DNA of 64,000 nt from Alphaproteobacteria bacterium (GCA_034668825.1 JAXDOR010000246.1:477-64476), one strand, 5' to 3'; shown: positions 9,743-21,278, counted from the stretch's first letter. Made by a program: numbers and translations. Notes: generated from the sequence alone by a model not told the origin.

Positions 9743-10687
9743 CTAAAGTACCGGCGTCGGACCGCCACGGTGATAGCTCCCTTGCCCAGGGCCTCCGCCG
9801 GCGGCGGCAAGTTGCGCGGAGGCAGCCTGAAGTAGCTCCGCATCGAGCGGGCCCTTCGCCGCATATTCAATATCGGAGACAAGGTGCGCGTCGTTGGTCG
9901 TGCCAATCAAGGCGACCTCAACATTGTCGTTGGCAAGGACGAAGCGGATCATGAATTCGATCCGCGACATTCCGGCCAGCAAGTCATCGAGGCCAGCGCG
10001 TTGCCAAAGCTGTTGCACCTGCCCCTCGGCGGTTCCGATCGGCCGGGTGATCCAATCCTTGGCAGGCGCGCCGCGCCCGGTGACGCCTCGGGCCACGACG
10101 GCCTTACCGCTGCGCCGCAGCGAGGCTATGGCGTCTTCATTGGTTCGTTGCAGCGCGGAATACGGCACCTGCACGACGCTGAAATAATCCACGTCGACGA
10201 ATTCCGCCAGCAACGGCATCCGCGTGGAAATGCCGAGGTGGCGCACCTTTCCCTGCCGTTGCAGTTCGAGGAGAGCATCGATAACGCCGCCGTCTTCGAG
10301 TTCTTTCCGGGTGGGATTGCCATGCACCTGGACCACATCGAGATGGTCGGTTCGAAGCCGGCGCAGGCTCTGCTCGACTCCGGCCTTCACGTTCTCGCCG
10401 GTGTAGATGTGTTTCTCGCCGCCATCCGCGGCGCCTTCGACACCAACCTGGCAGGCGCACTTCGTCGCCAGGACGACATCGGCGCGACGATGCTCGAGAG
10501 CCGTGCCGATAAGCCGCTCGCTCAGCCCGTAATCGATTGAGGTGTCGATGTAGTTGATCCCGAGATCGACCACGCGGTTGATGAATCTGATGGCGTCGCG
10601 CTCATCGATCGCGCGCGCCCGCGGCGGGCCGGCCAGTTCCATGGCTCCATAGCCGAGACGGCTGACGACCAGGCCGGTCTTCCCCAT
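9743..10687 (-). CDS. Aldo/keto reductase family oxidoreductase
   Basis: Trimmed to ATG 10687 (MGKTGLVVSRLGYGAMELAG), the typical AKR N-terminus. Contains INYIDTSIDYG and related AKR motifs. Confidence 0.85.
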   Translation of the reverse strand: MGKTGLVVSRLGYGAMELAGPPRARAIDERDAIRFINRVVDLGINYIDTSIDYGLSERLIGTALEHRRADVVLATKCACQVGVEGAADGGEKHIYTGENVKAGVEQSLRRLRTDHLDVVQVHGNPTRKELEDGGVIDALLELQRQGKVRHLGISTRMPLLAEFVDVDYFSVVQVPYSALQRTNEDAIASLRRSGKAVVARGVTGRGAPAKDWITRPIGTAEGQVQQLWQRAGLDDLLAGMSRIEFMIRFVLANDNVEVALIGTTNDAHLVSDIEYAAKGPLDAELLQAASAQLAAAGGGPGQGSYHRGGPTPVL

Positions 10688-10910
10688 GCGCCTTGCCCCA
10701 CCGGCCAGCGGGTTGCCGCTCAGCTTGTCCACGCTTTTCTTCCTTCGTACGCGCTGGTTAGCACGCAACTCTGTTCCCGCGTGCCAACGTTACGCAACGA
10801 GGAGGTACGCAGCAATGACAAGTAACCGGGATCTTAGTTTGATGAATCAACGTGGCAGATTTGGAACTCTGCCGTCCCGCCCGGCTTAAAATGGCAAAGG
10901 GAGTCGGTCG

Positions 10911-11102
10911 ATGCCCAAGGTGCGATACCTGTATTGGCTTCTGCTGCTTCCGTATATCGGGCTGCTGTGGGTGCCCTTCTACAATTTCCGCGATCCGGTG
11001 CTGTTCGGCTTTCCTTTCTTCTATTGGTATCAACTGCTTTGGGTGCCGGTCACCGCGTTTTTGACGTGGATCGTCTACCGGGCTTATCCGCATGAAGACT
11101 GA
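10911..11102 (+). CDS. DUF3311-like small membrane protein paired with a sodium:solute symporter
   Basis: 63-aa two-TM protein whose end overlaps the start of the symporter gene by 11 nt. This is the usual pairing for DUF3311 proteins. Confidence 0.7.
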   Translation: MPKVRYLYWLLLLPYIGLLWVPFYNFRDPVLFGFPFFYWYQLLWVPVTAFLTWIVYRAYPHED

Positions 11103-12567
11103 CGTGGACCAGACCGCGCTCGCGGTCTTTTTGCTTTTCTTCGCCCTAGTTACGGTCATGGGCTTCATTGCCGCGCGCTGGCGCCGTCCGACGACGCTGG
11201 CGCATCTCGATGAATGGGGACTCGGGGGACGTCAGTTCGGGACCTGGATCACATGGTTTCTGGTCGGCGGCGACTTCTATACGGCCTACACGGTAATTGC
11301 CGTCCCCGCCCTGGTCTATTCAGTCGGCGCCTACGGTTTCTTCGCCCTGCCCTACACGATCGTTGTCTATCCGTTTGTCTTTGCCGTGATGCCGAAGCTT
11401 TGGCAGGTTGCCAAGGACAATGGGTACGTGACGGCGGCGGACGTGGTGCACGGCCGCTACCAATCGCGTCCGCTCGAACTCGCGGTGGCGGTCACCGGCG
11501 TCATCGCCACCATGCCTTACATCGCGCTTCAGTTGATCGGCATGGCTGCCGCGATTAAGGCGCTGGGTCTCGCCGGAGAACTTCCGCTGATCGCCGCTTT
11601 CATCGTGCTCGCGCTCTACACGTATTCGTCGGGCCTGCGGGCGCCGGCGCTCATCGCCTTCGTCAAGGACGCGATGATCTACATCGTGGTGATCGCCGCC
11701 ATCGCGCTTATTCCAGGCAAGCTCGGTGGCTACGCCGAAGTGTTCAACGCGGCGGACCAGGCGTTCAAGGCCAAGGGTTCCGGCGGTATTCTGCTGGCGC
11801 CCAGCCAATACGCCGCCTTTGCGACGCTGGCGCTCGGTTCCGCGCTCGCCGCCTTTATGTATCCGCATACGCTCACCGGAATTTTCGCTAGCCGCAGCGG
11901 CAACACCATCCGCAAGAACGCCGTCCTGCTGCCCGCCTATACCTTGATGCTCGGTCTGCTGGCGCTGCTGGGCTATATGGGCCACGCGGCGCATTTAAAG
12001 CTTGAAAGCAACAACGACGTCGTGCCCGCCCTTTTCCAGACGCTGTTCCCCGGCTGGTTCGCCGGCTTCGCCTTTGCCGCGATCGTAATCGCCGCGCTGG
12101 TTCCCGCGGCGGTCATGAGCATCGGGGCGGCCAACCTTTTCACACGCAATTTCTGGAAGGCTTATGTCAACCCGCAGATCACCGAGGCTGGTGAGGCGGC
12201 AGTGGCGAAAATCACCTCGCTCATCGTCAAGATAGGCGCGTTGTTTGTGATCCTTTATCTGCCGACGCAGTTCGCTCTCGATCTCCAGTTGCTCGGCGGG
12301 CTTTGGATTTTACAGACGCTTCCGGCGCTGATCTTCGGCCTCTTCACCGGCTGGTTCACAGCGCCGGCGCTGCTGTCGGGCTGGGCCGTCGGCATGCTGG
12401 GCGGCACTTATCTCGCCTGGACGGACGGCTTGAAGCCGCTGCACGCGCTGACCCTCGGAGGCACGACGTTCACGGTCTATGTGGGCATGATCGCGCTGAC
12501 CGCGAATATCGCGGTCGCTATCGTCGCGAATCTCCTGGCGGCGTCGAGGGCGCGAAGAGGAGCGTAG
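11092..12567 (+). CDS. Sodium:solute symporter (SSS) family transporter
   Basis: 491-aa polytopic membrane protein with SSS-family motifs (GGRQFGTWITWFLVGGDFYTAYT). Confidence 0.9.
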   Translation: MKTDVDQTALAVFLLFFALVTVMGFIAARWRRPTTLAHLDEWGLGGRQFGTWITWFLVGGDFYTAYTVIAVPALVYSVGAYGFFALPYTIVVYPFVFAVMPKLWQVAKDNGYVTAADVVHGRYQSRPLELAVAVTGVIATMPYIALQLIGMAAAIKALGLAGELPLIAAFIVLALYTYSSGLRAPALIAFVKDAMIYIVVIAAIALIPGKLGGYAEVFNAADQAFKAKGSGGILLAPSQYAAFATLALGSALAAFMYPHTLTGIFASRSGNTIRKNAVLLPAYTLMLGLLALLGYMGHAAHLKLESNNDVVPALFQTLFPGWFAGFAFAAIVIAALVPAAVMSIGAANLFTRNFWKAYVNPQITEAGEAAVAKITSLIVKIGALFVILYLPTQFALDLQLLGGLWILQTLPALIFGLFTGWFTAPALLSGWAVGMLGGTYLAWTDGLKPLHALTLGGTTFTVYVGMIALTANIAVAIVANLLAASRARRGA

Positions 12568-12569
12568 GC

Positions 12570-12659
12570 TGGCGGAGAGGGAGGGATTCGAACCCCCGAT
12601 AGGCTTGCACCTATGCCGCATTTCGAGTGCGGTGCGTTCAACCACTCTGCCACCTCTCC
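12570..12659 (-). tRNA. tRNA-Ser (anticodon CGA), type II with long variable arm, encoded CCA
   Basis: The reverse complement reads GGAGAGGTGGCAGAGTGGTTGAACGCACCGCACTCGAAATGCGGCATAGGTGCAAGCCTATCGGGGGTTCGAATCCCTCCCTCTCCGCCA. Acceptor stem is GGAGAGG/CCTCTCC, anticodon stem CCGCA/TGCGG with loop CTCGAAA, and T-loop TTCGAAT. Confidence 0.9.
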
Positions 12660-12738
12660 AGCGAGCGCTTTCTAACCAAGCAGGGATGGACAAACAAGGG
12701 CGCTGCCGGCGCCGATACCGGCATATAGCCCGCTTTTC

Positions 12739-12767
12739 TTGACAGTTCAGGCCTTCGCCGCCATAAG
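12739..12767 (+). promoter_or_regulatory. Candidate sigma-70 promoter for rplU-rpmA
   Basis: TTGACA (12739-12744), 17-nt spacer, CATAAG (12762-12767). It is followed by a ~130-nt leader with two GC-rich hairpins (GCGCGGGCC-taag-GGTCCGCGC and ACGGCCC-ttt-GGGCCGT). Confidence 0.3.
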
Positions 12768-12904
12768 CATGCCTATGGCGCGGGCCTAAGGGTCCGCGCG
12801 CTTTGTTACGGCCCTTTGGGCCGTGCAAAACACTCAAAAACCCGACTGAAAGAAGCCGGTCCGGGACACTCCCAGCACCGGGATCGAACACGAGGACAAG
12901 AACG

Positions 12905-13462
12905 ATGTTCGCAGTCATTAAAGCCGGCGGCAAACAATACCGCGTTGCTGCCGAGGACGTGATCAGGATCGACCGCATCGACGGCGAGCCGGGCAGCGTT
13001 GTCGAGTTCGGCGAAGTGCTGATGCTCGGCGGCGACAATGTTCAGGTCGGCGCGCCCACCGTTTCCGGTGCCACCGTCGCTGGCGAGGTGCTGCAGCACA
13101 CGCGTGGCGACAAGGTCATCGCTTTCAAGAAGCGCCGCCGCAAAAATTCGCGACGCAAGCGCGGCTATCGCCACGACTTCAGCATGATCCGGATCACCGA
13201 AATCCTGACGGACGGCCAGAAGCCAAGCAAGACACCGAAGCCGCGACCGGAACGCAAGCCGAAGCCGGTCGTCGCGGATACAGCGGTCGAGGGCGCGGAT
13301 ACCGACGCTACGCCGAAGGCGGCTAAGAGCGGTACCAAGGACAAGGCCGGAAAGAGTAAGGCTGCGAAAGGCAAGGCCGCGGCGAAGAAGCCAGCCAAAG
13401 CTGCGTCCGCTAAAAAGGCCGACAAGCCAAAGCCCGGCGGCACAAAAGGCAAAAAGAAGTGA
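12905..13462 (+). CDS. rplU: 50S ribosomal protein L21 with an ~80-aa Lys/Ala/Pro-rich C-terminal extension
   Basis: Trimmed to ATG 12905 (MFAVIKAGGKQYRV), the canonical L21 N-terminus. The tail is KPKPRPERKPKP...KAAKGKAAAKKPAKAASAKKADKPKPGGTKGKKK. Confidence 0.9.
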   Translation: MFAVIKAGGKQYRVAAEDVIRIDRIDGEPGSVVEFGEVLMLGGDNVQVGAPTVSGATVAGEVLQHTRGDKVIAFKKRRRKNSRRKRGYRHDFSMIRITEILTDGQKPSKTPKPRPERKPKPVVADTAVEGADTDATPKAAKSGTKDKAGKSKAAKGKAAAKKPAKAASAKKADKPKPGGTKGKKK

Positions 13463-13515
13463 GATGATTTCGTTCCGAAACGCGTTAGTAATTAGCTCAG
13501 TTTAGGAGACCAGCG

Positions 13516-13785
13516 ATGGCTCACAAAAAAGCAGGCGGATCCTCACGCAACGGCCGCGACTCCGCGGGCCGGCGTCTTGGATTGAAACAGTTTGGCGGCG
13601 AGTCGGTGATCGCGGGCAATATCATTGCTCGTCAGCGCGGTACCACGTGGCATGCCGGGCCGAATGTCGGCATGGGCAAGGATCATACGCTGTTCGCGCT
13701 GATCGATGGACGCGTCGAGTTTCGCAAGAAAGCCAAGGGCCGCACCTATGTGGCGGTTATCCCCGCGGCGACAGCAGCCGAGTAA
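13516..13785 (+). CDS. rpmA: 50S ribosomal protein L27
   Basis: [28 protein letters not shown] is the canonical L27 N-terminus; 89 aa. Confidence 0.95.
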   Translation: MAHKKAGGSSRNGRDSAGRRLGLKQFGGESVIAGNIIARQRGTTWHAGPNVGMGKDHTLFALIDGRVEFRKKAKGRTYVAVIPAATAAE

Positions 13786-13845
13786 AACGGCGGATCGTTA
13801 AGAGGTCTGCTGGGGCCAGCGACCGGCGGAGCCTCTAGGCTCTTT

Positions 13846-13876
13846 GAGGGGAGACGGGACACCGGCTCCCCTTTTC
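13846..13876 (+). terminator. Candidate rho-independent terminator after rpmA
   Basis: GGGGAG (13848-13853) pairs with CTCCCC (13866-13871), followed by TTTTC. Confidence 0.45.
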
Positions 13877-13939
13877 GTATTTAAGAGCCGTGCTGAGGCT
13901 CGAAAAAAAATAGGCATTAGTGCGGGGCAAGGAGCGGCC

Positions 13940-14398
13940 ATGACCGACGAGTGTGTCTTTTGTCGAATCGCAAAGCGCGAGTTCACCGCTCATATCGTCT
14001 ACGAGGACGAGCGCATTCTCGCTTTTCTCGACCACGGTCCGATCAGACTTGGACATACCCAAATCATTCCCAAGGAGGATTTCCGTTATTTCGACGACGC
14101 TCCCGCTGACATCGTGACATCGATCGTGCTGGTTGGGCAGAAGCTCGCCGCCGCCATGAAGCAACTCTACTCCGTGCCGCGCGTGGCATTTCTTTTCACC
14201 GGCGGAGACATCCCCCACGTCCACGCGCATGTCGTTCCCATGCATGAAAAGACAGACATCACGTCTCGCCGCTATATTGTCGAAGAAAATCTGACGTTTC
14301 GCGAACTGCCTCCGACGCCTGAAGCCGATCTTGTCCGCATCTCAGCAGACTTGCGTCGAGCCTTAAGCCATCAATCGCCGGCGAAAAATTCCTCTTGA
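13940..14398 (+). CDS. HIT (histidine triad) family protein
   Basis: Trimmed to ATG 13940, which is preceded by AAGGAG. Contains CVFCRI... and the histidine triad HVHAHVVP. Confidence 0.85.
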   Translation: MTDECVFCRIAKREFTAHIVYEDERILAFLDHGPIRLGHTQIIPKEDFRYFDDAPADIVTSIVLVGQKLAAAMKQLYSVPRVAFLFTGGDIPHVHAHVVPMHEKTDITSRRYIVEENLTFRELPPTPEADLVRISADLRRALSHQSPAKNSS

Positions 14399-14500
14399 CC
14401 AAAGCCTACTAGGATTATATTCTCCATCTACTTTGCTCGGTGCGGACGCTTCATGAGGCGCCCGGACGAGCAAGGCGCGGCGCCTCAATGCGCCGCGAGT

Positions 14501-14709
14501 GGAGCGCCGGGAGGCGCCGTCCCCCTACGTCACTGGGGGACGGAACGCCTCGCAAGCGTTCCGGCGGGCCGATCGATCGCAAGGCTCGCCAAGGGGGCCT
14601 CGCAAGCCCCCTGGCGCCTCCCGGCGCTCCATTCTCTTTTGAGGGAACGGATAAAGGGGAAGCGGACGCACCCGGCGTCCTAAAGAATACGGGCTGCGGA
14701 GCGTTGGCT
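14501..14709 (+). repeat. Structured repeat element, copy A: 130-bp core (14501-14630) bounded by perfect 18-bp terminal inverted repeats, plus ~80 bp of extended homology
   Basis: GGAGCGCCGGGAGGCGCC at 14501-14518 and its reverse complement at 14613-14630. Four internal hairpins. An inverted second copy lies at 55509-55714. Confidence 0.85.
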
Positions 14710-14843
14710 TTTATCGTTGAGGAAAATTTCGGCGAGGATGAGCGAGCGCTAACTTTTCGCTCGCAAAAAGAGGGGATCACGAAAGCGAGTCGACTCCTCG
14801 TGGTGGCGTCGCAACTGACGCCACGAATGCTGGTTCCGCGTGA

Positions 14844-17423
<2,580 letters not shown>

Positions 17424-17438
17424 GCTGCGAACGCAGGG

Positions 17439-17615
17439 CTAGGACGTCAGCCGCTTTCCTACCACTAGTCCGATCACAACCGCGCCCAAGAACAGCACCA
17501 TGAAAATCCCGAACAGGATTTTAGCAATACCGGCGGAAGCGGCTTCAACGTCGGTGAAGCCAAAGATTCCCGCGATGATTGCGATAATCAGAAAAATAAC
17601 CGCCCATTTCAGCAT
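17439..17615 (-). CDS. DUF1328 (UPF0391) small membrane protein
   Basis: Trimmed to ATG 17615: [58 protein letters not shown], a typical two-TM DUF1328 sequence. Confidence 0.8.
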   Translation of the reverse strand: MLKWAVIFLIIAIIAGIFGFTDVEAASAGIAKILFGIFMVLFLGAVVIGLVVGKRLTS

Positions 17616-17652
17616 AGCACTCGCTCCATTACGCACAGCCCTAACGGCAGTC

Positions 17653-18021
17653 TCAGGCCGGAATGCCGGCGCGGACCGCGATGGCGTTGCGGCGCCAAAA
17701 TACCTGACGGCGGCCAAGCAGACATTGCGCCATCATCTTGGCATCACGCACGTTCGCGGTGGCGCATGTCCGGTATTCGAGTTCATGGCCGAGCCACGAA
17801 GGATTCTCGCCGCCGAATAATTTTTTCCAGGAGCGCGAGGGCGGCTTCCGCAGCAACGATGTGAGAGCATAAGCAACGTTGGCGGAGGCGTCGAACGCCG
17901 CGAGGTCGCCGCTGGAGGCGTGCCGCACTTCGTAAACTCCAGGCCCTATGGGTGCTTCGATATGTCCGCCCCGCAACGCATTGGGGAATTGCTTCCAGCC
18001 CGTCCAACTTCCAATCATCAT
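17653..18021 (-). CDS. Hypothetical protein (122 aa), no confident family assignment
   Basis: ORF 17653..18117 trimmed to ATG 18021, which has a GGAGAA Shine-Dalgarno 4-9 nt upstream. It is the only non-shadow ORF filling this gap. The segment GPGVYEVRH...ANVAYAL only weakly resembles a GIY-YIG motif. Confidence 0.45.
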   Translation of the reverse strand: MMIGSWTGWKQFPNALRGGHIEAPIGPGVYEVRHASSGDLAAFDASANVAYALTSLLRKPPSRSWKKLFGGENPSWLGHELEYRTCATANVRDAKMMAQCLLGRRQVFWRRNAIAVRAGIPA

Positions 18022-18164
18022 CTTCTCCACCCGGCCGCTCAGATAGCCTGTGCGCAAACGCTTTATTCTCGGCTTTGTTCCTCTTGACCGGCAACGCCAA
18101 AGCAATCGGCGGCACAACGCGCCGCCGATTCGGAATTAAGCCGGATAAAGGGAGAAAGCGCGAT

Positions 18165-18995
18165 CTAGCGCATCGACACGATCAGGCCCTTGGGCGTCAC
18201 CACGATCCAGCGGCCATTCTGCTGGGTGATGGTTTCGACCCGGCCGATACCGGGCAGGTTCGAGCCTGGCGCGATCTCGAAAAGGCTATTGCGGTTTTGC
18301 ACGAGTGCGCGGCCGCGATAGACATCACGGATCACCCAGCCTTCGAGAATCGATGGCTTCGCCGGCTCTTTCGCTTCCGGACGCGCAACGGTACGCTCCA
18401 CGGAACCGGTGACGTCATGCGCGGCGGACGCCGCGACTCGCTGCTCCAGGCGCGAGAGCGAATCCGCGATCGCGCTGAGCTTGCCAGCGGGCTCCGCCTG
18501 AGCGCGTTCGGTGCGGTCGAAGCGCTCGGCGAGTTTTGAAAATTGCGTATTGGCGGCGCGGTTGGACGCCTCAAGGCTGGCCTTCAGCTCCGCCACCGTG
18601 GCGCTTACCTGCGCGAGTGCTGGCTGCAGACTCGCACTTGCATCGGCCTGCTTCGGTGCGTCCGTGCCGGCGGATGGCGCCAGCGAACGCGCCAAGCTCA
18701 TGGTGCCGAGAGAGCCGGCCACCGCGCCAATCGCCGCGGCGAAAGCGACAGAGGCCGCGAGCAGCGCAAAGCGGTTGGATGGCGACGGCGCGGTAAAGTC
18801 TGGCGACCACGCACCAGCCTTCCCCTGAGGCGCGGAGGCATCTGCCGCTACCGGCGCTACTTCCGGTGCTACGACGGCGTCTGCGGCGAGTGTTTCAGCG
18901 GGCGACGCTTTCGCTTCAAGGGGCGCCGGTGTGGCCTCCCCGACTGCCGCGGGCGCGTCCAGTGCCTTTTGAACGATGTCGTTGCCTTCGCTCAT
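18165..18995 (-). CDS. Hypothetical membrane-anchored coiled-coil protein with a conserved C-terminal domain
   Basis: 276 aa. Acidic, Ala/Pro-rich N-terminus, one TM helix (FALLAASVAFAAAIGAVAGSLG), a coiled-coil region, and a C-terminal GWVIRDVYRGRALVQNRNSLFEIAPGSNLPGIGRVETITQQNGRWIVVTPKGLI block. Confidence 0.6.
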   Translation of the reverse strand: MSEGNDIVQKALDAPAAVGEATPAPLEAKASPAETLAADAVVAPEVAPVAADASAPQGKAGAWSPDFTAPSPSNRFALLAASVAFAAAIGAVAGSLGTMSLARSLAPSAGTDAPKQADASASLQPALAQVSATVAELKASLEASNRAANTQFSKLAERFDRTERAQAEPAGKLSAIADSLSRLEQRVAASAAHDVTGSVERTVARPEAKEPAKPSILEGWVIRDVYRGRALVQNRNSLFEIAPGSNLPGIGRVETITQQNGRWIVVTPKGLIVSMR

Positions 18996-19018
18996 GAATT
19001 TCCCCGGGTGAGATGTTC

Positions 19019-19052
19019 ACCAATTGGTAACCATGGTTAGTTACCAATTGGT
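19019..19052. promoter_or_regulatory. Nested AT-rich palindrome (candidate protein-binding site or terminator stem)
   Basis: ACCAATTGGTAAC (19019-19031) and its exact reverse complement GTTACCAATTGGT (19040-19052). A perfect 12-nt palindrome TAACCATGGTTA lies at 19028-19039. The site is 24 bp upstream of the start of the 18165..18995 gene. Confidence 0.5.
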
Positions 19053-19070
19053 TACCGTCCGAGGTCGAGG

Positions 19071-20072
19071 TCACACCAGTAGGCCGTTTTCCGCAGCCAG
19101 TGCCTTCAGCGGAGTCTCGGGACGCGCGCCGAGATGCTGGATGACTTCCGCCGCCGCCAGAGCGCCGAGGCGGGCGGCACTGACGTGGTCCTTGCCACGC
19201 GCCAAGCCCAGCAGAAATCCTGCAGCAAATAGGTCGCCCGCTCCTGTGGTATCGACAAGCCGTTCAACCGGAAAAGCACGAACCGCCTGGGTTCCCTTCC
19301 GGCTGACGATCACGCAGCCTTTTTCGCTCCGGGTCGCCACCGCGAGCCGCGCGTCCTGGCGCAAACCGGCGACGGCGCTGTCGAAGTCAGCGGTCTGATA
19401 CAGCGCCTTCAACTCCGCTTCATTCGCAAATATGAGATCGACTGTGCCGGCGCGCATGAGCGCGAGGAACTCGTCCCGCCAGCGATCGACACAGAACGCA
19501 TCGGATAGCGTCAAGGCGACGAGGCGCTTCGCGTTATGCGCGGCAGCCGCCGCTTTGAGAAAGGCGTCCTTGGCGTTCTTCGGGTCCCAGAGATAACCCT
19601 CCAGATAGGTAACAGCCGCGCCCGCGACTTTTTCAGCATCGATGTCGTTCGGATGCAGGTCCTGGGCGGCGCCGAGATAGGTGTTCATCGTGCGCTCGCC
19701 GTCCGGCGTCACCAGGATATAGCAGCGCGCTGTCGATGGTCCCTCGGCAGCCGGCGGCGTATCGAAGGCAACGCCGGCGGCGCGAATGTCATGGATGAAG
19801 GTGTGGCCAAGGGTGTCGTTCTTGACCTTGCCGACAAAGGCAGCCCGGGCGCCGAAGCTCGCTAGACCAACGGTCGTGTTCGCTGCCGAACCACCCGAAA
19901 TCTCGATAGCCGCGCCCATGGCATCGTAAACTGCCTCGGCGCGTTCCTCGTCGATCAAGGTCATGGTGCCCTTGCGCATGCCATGGTGCACCAGGAAGTC
20001 ATCCTCAGCACGCGCAATTACATCGACAATAGCGTTGCCGATTCCAAGGACGTCGATGCGGGGATTGGCCAT
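19071..20072 (-). CDS. PfkB-family carbohydrate/nucleoside kinase (adenosine kinase-like)
   Basis: Trimmed to ATG 20072 (MANPRIDVLGIGNAIVDVI). The C-terminal DTTGAGDLFAAGFL motif is typical of the PfkB family. Confidence 0.85.
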   Translation of the reverse strand: MANPRIDVLGIGNAIVDVIARAEDDFLVHHGMRKGTMTLIDEERAEAVYDAMGAAIEISGGSAANTTVGLASFGARAAFVGKVKNDTLGHTFIHDIRAAGVAFDTPPAAEGPSTARCYILVTPDGERTMNTYLGAAQDLHPNDIDAEKVAGAAVTYLEGYLWDPKNAKDAFLKAAAAAHNAKRLVALTLSDAFCVDRWRDEFLALMRAGTVDLIFANEAELKALYQTADFDSAVAGLRQDARLAVATRSEKGCVIVSRKGTQAVRAFPVERLVDTTGAGDLFAAGFLLGLARGKDHVSAARLGALAAAEVIQHLGARPETPLKALAAENGLLV

Positions 20073-20231
20073 GAACTGCTCGCGGCGGGTGCGGCGCAAA
20101 GTATGCACTACATCGGGCGGCAATAGTGAGCAATACGCCATCCAACGGCGTGATAACCCGCCCCGCAAGGCGTACCCTTGCGCCTTGCTCTGCGCTCATG
20201 GCATGTGGCGCGCGCAATCGAGAGGCAGGCT

Positions 20232-21278
20232 ATGGCGTTCAAAGAGCGGGTTTTTTCCGGCGTTCAGCCCACCGGCAATTTGCATTTGGGTAATTATCTC
20301 GGCGCCATGGTGAAGTTTGTCGCGCTGCAGGAACGCTACGACTGCATCTATTGCGTCGTCGATCTGCATGCCATCACGGTGCCGATCAACGTCTGGGGCG
20401 GACCGGAAGCCCTGCGGCAAAGCACTCGCGAAGTCACCGCGGCTTTCATTGCCTGCGGCATCGATCCGAAGAAGCACATCGTTTTCAATCAGAGCCAAGT
20501 CGCGGAGCATGCGGAACTGGCCTGGATCTTCAATTGCGTGGCCCGGCTTGGCTGGCTCAACCGCATGACGCAGTTCAAGGAGAAAGCCGGCAAGGACCGC
20601 GAGAACGCGTCGATCGGACTCTATGACTATCCGGTGCTGATGGCGGCGGACATTTTGGTCTATCGCGCCGCCCACGTGCCGGTTGGCGACGACCAGAAGC
20701 AGCATCTGGAACTCTCGCGTGACATCGCGCAAAAGTTCAACAACGATTTTTCACAGTCAATCGTCGCGCGCGGCTTTGGCGAGGCGTTCTTTCCGTTGCC
20801 GGAGCCGCTGATCCAAGGGCCTGCGCCACGGGTGATGTCGCTGCGCGACGGCACGAAGAAAATGTCGAAGTCGGACCCGTCGGACTATTCGCGTATCAAC
20901 CTGACCGACGACGCCGACACCATCGCGCAAAAAATCCGCAAGGCTAAAACCGACACGGAACCGTTGCCGAGCGAAGAAAAAGGATTAGAGGCCCGGCCGG
21001 AAGCCGACAATCTGGTCGGAATTTATGCCGCGCTTAAAGGTGTGAGCAAGGCCGACGTGCTCAAAGAATTCGGCGGCGGACAGTTTTCCGCTTTCAAGGC
21101 GGCCCTTGTCGATCTCGCGGTCGCCAAGCTTGGCCCTATTGGCGCTGAGATGAAACGGCTCGTGCAGGACCCGGCCTACATCGATTCCGTTCTCGCCGAC
21201 GGTGCCGCGCGTGCGCGAATCCTGGCCGCGGAAACCATCAAAGCAGTCAAAGACATCGTCGGTTTTATCAGCCACTGA
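20232..21278 (+). CDS. trpS: Tryptophan--tRNA ligase
   Basis: Trimmed to ATG 20232 ([25 protein letters not shown]). The HIGH-like and KMSKS (KKMSKS) motifs are present. Confidence 0.95.
   Translation: MAFKERVFSGVQPTGNLHLGNYLGAMVKFVALQERYDCIYCVVDLHAITVPINVWGGPEALRQSTREVTAAFIACGIDPKKHIVFNQSQVAEHAELAWIFNCVARLGWLNRMTQFKEKAGKDRENASIGLYDYPVLMAADILVYRAAHVPVGDDQKQHLELSRDIAQKFNNDFSQSIVARGFGEAFFPLPEPLIQGPAPRVMSLRDGTKKMSKSDPSDYSRINLTDDADTIAQKIRKAKTDTEPLPSEEKGLEARPEADNLVGIYAALKGVSKADVLKEFGGGQFSAFKAALVDLAVAKLGPIGAEMKRLVQDPAYIDSVLADGAARARILAAETIKAVKDIVGFISH

Noticed and set aside
9731-9747. TTCTAAA half-site resembling the Irr iron control element (TTTAGAA-N3-TTCTAAA)
   Set aside because: Only one half-site matches, since the left half GGAAGTT does not. 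It also overlaps the stop codon of the aldo/keto reductase gene rather than sitting in a promoter.
10839-10850. TTGATGAATCAA between the aldo/keto reductase and the DUF3311/symporter genes, superficially FNR/FixK-like
   Set aside because: The spacing is TTGA-N4-TCAA, whereas the FNR/FixK box is TTGA-N6-TCAA. The arms are only 5 bp, so a chance occurrence is plausible.
12570-12659. tRNA-Ser as a possible genomic-island integration site
   Set aside because: There is no integrase, no direct repeat of the tRNA 3' end, and no compositional shift on either side. The flanking genes are a symporter and rplU-rpmA.
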